Below are positions 63,001 to 64,000 of a stretch of 64,000 nt of DNA, in pieces. The notes below the pieces were generated by a model that saw nothing but the letters and a program-made list of their open reading frames with translations, was not told the origin of the DNA and made no database searches. The stretch is taken from positions 124,001 through 188,000 of the forward strand of contig OZ076409.1 of the NCBI GenBank assembly GCA_964187785.1. The letters run 5' to 3'. Source of the stretch: Amphiscolops sp. MND2022. Its lineage: Eukaryota. The stretch's first letter is position 1. Each line of letters opens with the position of its first letter. A program made the translations under genes and the position numbers.

Positions 63001-64000
63001 AAATCAAAAATTTTTGAACTCAATTTTTTTCAGGTTTTTTGTTAAAGAAAACCGTTTTCCAAGGCTCAAGGGTGAGAATTTTTAGCTATTTTAACGTCCA
63101 GTCTGACTGATGGAATTTTTCTCAATATTAATATATGTGGAAACAACCTACCGTTTTTTCTGCACTGTACGATTTTCCCCTTGAGTTGCATAAATTTTTT
63201 CGGCTTAAAAGGAGCGTTTAATGTTCCTTTTTCGGTATCATGAAGAGAAAACATTTTCAAAGAAATTTTGTTTCCAAATAATAAATCTTTTGCTATTTAT
63301 TCTTTGCCTCGAATCTTGTTGGAATTCAGAACGAATTTGGCCTTTAAATCTGGAAAAGAATACATGACAAAAAGACTCGAATACAAACCAGAAAGCTTCA
63401 ATTTTAATTTTATTTTCAGAGTGACAGTTTAGAATTGAGATACAAACTTTGCTCACACTTTTTCAATATGTAGTCACGCATTTTTGATGAAGAAATCAAC
63501 AGCTTCCTGTTTTGAGTCATCAATAAACACTTAATACGAACATAATTATAGTCAAAATGCGTGAACAATGTTTGATGTGTGAACAACAAGCAAAAAACTG
63601 TTATAATAGGCGTTAGCTTCCCGTTATGAAAGAAGGTTTTACTTTTAATTAAGCTAGTGTAAAGTTTTATGGAAATTAAGTTGGTGGTGGTGGAACAAAA
63701 AGGGGGAACAAAAAAGCCTACATTATTGGGTGTTTCTCTTTTGACGCCCAAAACGATATCCTGTAGAGAACTTTGTATCCTGTAGCTTTGTATCTTGATC
63801 AGTTGTGATGTTGATTGAGGCGAGGGGTGTTGCGGTGTTTGTATCAGAGTGTTTCTTCCTTTTCAGAGGGAGCTGGAGCGACGCCTGGCGGAGAGCGTGT
63901 CTCGTGGGCTGCTGCTGGACTTGGTGCACGCCATCCACTCGCCCCGCCCACCCCCCTCCCCCATAGACGCCTTCATCACCGACGAGGAGAAGTTCGAGCA
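29027..64000 (+). CDS. MYCBPAP: MYCBP-associated protein-like gene (multi-exon, 3' part beyond window); span of the 12 exons listed separately
   Basis: GC-rich exons with GT-AG boundaries that join in consistent phase. Ordered motifs match recalled MYCBPAP/AMAP-1 sequence: KKLKP..VLVAR.A.P, LPHSVLG, AMQHW, LLMN.GE, SEFWSQPEWVG, WQNSEFL, GPAL..G..A.W, LELVNYGSTVI.FNW, RFYFN...VILP...F.F.FKS..AGIF.E.W, PSPIDAFITDEEKF. Confidence 0.88.
29802..29899 (+). CDS. MYCBPAP: MYCBPAP-like exon 2
   Basis: tctgcag|VRAEVLIPEKEPLPPLPVKMKKLKPASERNRR(P)|gtgagt; phase 0 to 2. Confidence 0.85.
29911..30018. repeat. (CT)n microsatellite immediately after the exon 2 donor
   Basis: Directly visible. Confidence 0.97.
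33075..33264 (+). CDS. MYCBPAP: MYCBPAP-like exon 3
   Basis: gtgtag|..VLVARVADPEAPLKPP..PQYSLDGHFLPHSVLGEEEDFTQEQHRRATAQ|gtattc; phase 2 to 0. Confidence 0.88.
35192..35347 (+). CDS. MYCBPAP: MYCBPAP-like exon 4 (low-complexity linker)
   Basis: cacag|SAAVGRPESRNKREVVTSS...TPPSATQ|gtcagt; 156 nt, phase 0 to 0. Confidence 0.75.
35777..35852 (+). CDS. MYCBPAP: MYCBPAP-like exon 5 (this frame is not shown in the ORF track)
   Basis: tttag|NGDRAAMQHWVECMKQQKRYQSLLQ+A|gttagt; phase 0 to 1, and it completes the codon with exon 6. Confidence 0.85.
35950..36845 (+). mobile_element. Decayed CRE/NeSL-like (RLE-type) non-LTR retrotransposon fragment
   Basis: Frameshifted motifs GQRVLGSVIGS, KLTFLSRT, IPALTG, PLPVRDGGL, KGASRWL, FRDALVLRYGW and CPC...HSLQCNKGGYTQMRHDEIRD (CCHC preceding the RLE domain). 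Confidence 0.75.
37380..37746. repeat. Diverged tandem repeat, ~3 units of ~115-130 bp
   Basis: Recurring GCTGTAAAAAGTGCTAAGGAGTC...ATTTAACGCAAACCGGATATAAC...TTTCTTGGAGAATTTT. Confidence 0.8.
39770..42943 (+). repeat. 84-bp satellite array, left arm (~38 units)
   Basis: Consensus GAATCTTAGCTACTTTAGACCTATAGTATGGTACTGTATATTGAAAGATAGATCGAATATAAGTCCTATACGACCGTGTTCATC. Confidence 0.95.
44450..44575. repeat. GC-rich ~28-29 bp tandem repeat (CCGGGTTTCCGCTCGCCGACCGTCGCGAT) x~4 in the element core
   Basis: Directly visible and sharply GC-rich relative to its surroundings. Confidence 0.85.
45787..50120 (-). repeat. 84-bp satellite array, right arm (~52 units, inverted; contains a ~671-bp higher-order duplication)
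   Basis: Reverse complement of the left-arm unit. Near-identical blocks are offset by 671 bp (e.g. ORFs at 46494 and 47165). Confidence 0.95.
51885..51960 (-). mobile_element. tRNA-derived SINE-like head or tRNA pseudogene
   Basis: Minus strand GGCGGTATAGCTGAGTGG (A box)...GGTTCGATTCCC (B box). No clean acceptor stem found. Confidence 0.5.
52033..52243 (+). CDS. MYCBPAP: MYCBPAP-like exon 6
   Basis: ggcag|..KLGRSQRQLLMNVGEDARQRSELASQLDRQLAFVDYGKGHRTGSEFWSQPEWVG..API|gtgagt; phase 1 to 2. Confidence 0.9.
52394..52801. mobile_element. Mutator-type MITE with 9-bp TSD CCAAAAATT
   Basis: TSD at 52385-52393 and 52802-52810. Imperfect ~65-bp TIRs (CACGAAACAGAGTTTTCACTAAGCCGAAAA / TTTTCGGCTTAGTGAATATTCTGCTTCGTG). 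Confidence 0.75.
53359..53441 (+). CDS. MYCBPAP: MYCBPAP-like exon 7
   Basis: ctccag|(Q)FTLSSSQKGYPPVYEHSGLPLHIQKEK(G)|gttagc; phase 2 to 1. Confidence 0.85.
54569..54687 (+). CDS. MYCBPAP: MYCBPAP-like exon 8
   Basis: ttccag|(G)YVHIPPGRRGWQNSEFLQQRMQQLQSIIAEVDPKRPTQE|gtaagt; phase 1 to 0. Confidence 0.88.
55086..55255 (+). CDS. MYCBPAP: MYCBPAP-like exon 9 (acceptor appears to be GAG)
   Basis: gtgtgttgag|DFNELMVRGFNSHSLPPKPP..ELLLVD(S)|gtaagt; phase 0 to 2. Alternative in-frame GAG acceptor at 55070. Confidence 0.8.
55789..56068 (+). CDS. MYCBPAP: MYCBPAP-like exon 10
   Basis: tttctag|..NQAVTFSAGG..GPALRVGGVSAEWEG..EIGASCRVILQG..LELVNYGSTVIRFNWT|gtgagt; phase 2 to 0. Confidence 0.85.
56636..57574. 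mobile_element. CMC/EnSpm-like non-autonomous element (CCC...GGG termini, 2-bp TSD AA, subterminal TCTTGCAAGA repeats)
   Basis: TIR CCCTAGTCGAACTTCCATACATTT / AAATGTATGGGAGTTCGACTAGGG with AA on both flanks. Superfamily call is inference. Confidence 0.65.
59771..60132. mobile_element. MITE with 8-bp TSD ATCTGAGA
   Basis: TSD at 59763-59770 and 60133-60140. Imperfect TIRs with CAGACAAAA/TTTTGTCTG modules and internal CGCTTCGCT motifs. Confidence 0.7.
60233..60496 (+). CDS. MYCBPAP: MYCBPAP-like exon 11 (conserved core domain)
   Basis: tttgcag|REKRYNPFDVAKPVLEQRFYFNQGPSVILPRQRLLFPFVFKSDLAGIFSEHWQLNTTPKLCGGAKLVVSLRGIALKVDKYLPVRQHIN|gttagc; phase 0 to 0. Confidence 0.92.
60903..61721. mobile_element. 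Nested TIR element (CCCGTACTGAGGTCCCATGCGATCC...GGATCGCATGGGACCTCAGTACGGG)
   Basis: ~40-bp near-perfect TIRs and subterminal CCATGCATGG repeats. Confidence 0.75.
61724..61941. repeat. Perfect 218-bp spacerless palindrome centred on TATA|TATA (61832/61833)
   Basis: The arms are exact reverse complements over 109 bp as read by eye. Confidence 0.93.
62861..62945 (+). mobile_element. Possible tRNA-derived SINE-like head
   Basis: TGGCCTAGCGG (A-box-like) and GGGTTCGGGCCC (B-box-like) at tRNA-like spacing. Confidence 0.35.
63867..64000 (+). CDS. MYCBPAP: MYCBPAP-like exon 12 (truncated by window end)
   Basis: ttttcag|RELERRLAESVSRGLLLDLVHAIHSPRPPPSPIDAFITDEEKFE..; phase 0. Confidence 0.9.

Overview
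AT-rich, repeat-dense metazoan (probably invertebrate) genomic DNA, with no prokaryotic features. The first ~28 kb is decayed transposable elements. It holds two diverged, head-to-head copies of one Ty3/Gypsy-type LTR family (5' LTR, tRNA-Arg-like PBS, long leader, decayed gag), a third internally deleted Gypsy element, mariner and Mutator remnants, a piggyBac-type MITE, Helentron/DINE-1-like elements, microsatellites and an interstitial (TTAGGG)6. From ~29.0 kb to the end runs a + strand multi-exon gene, 12 exons reconstructed with consistent splice phases, whose product resembles MYCBP-associated protein (MYCBPAP/AMAP-1). Homology calls were made by eye and not by database search. The most striking feature lies in its 16-kb intron 5: a 12.19-kb element (38305-50494) with AGTAGT...ACTACT termini and a perfect 6-bp target-site duplication (CATATC), the end signature of Maverick/Polinton elements. 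It has no recognisable Maverick genes. Its arms are multi-kb inverted arrays of an 84-bp satellite around a ~2.8-kb core.
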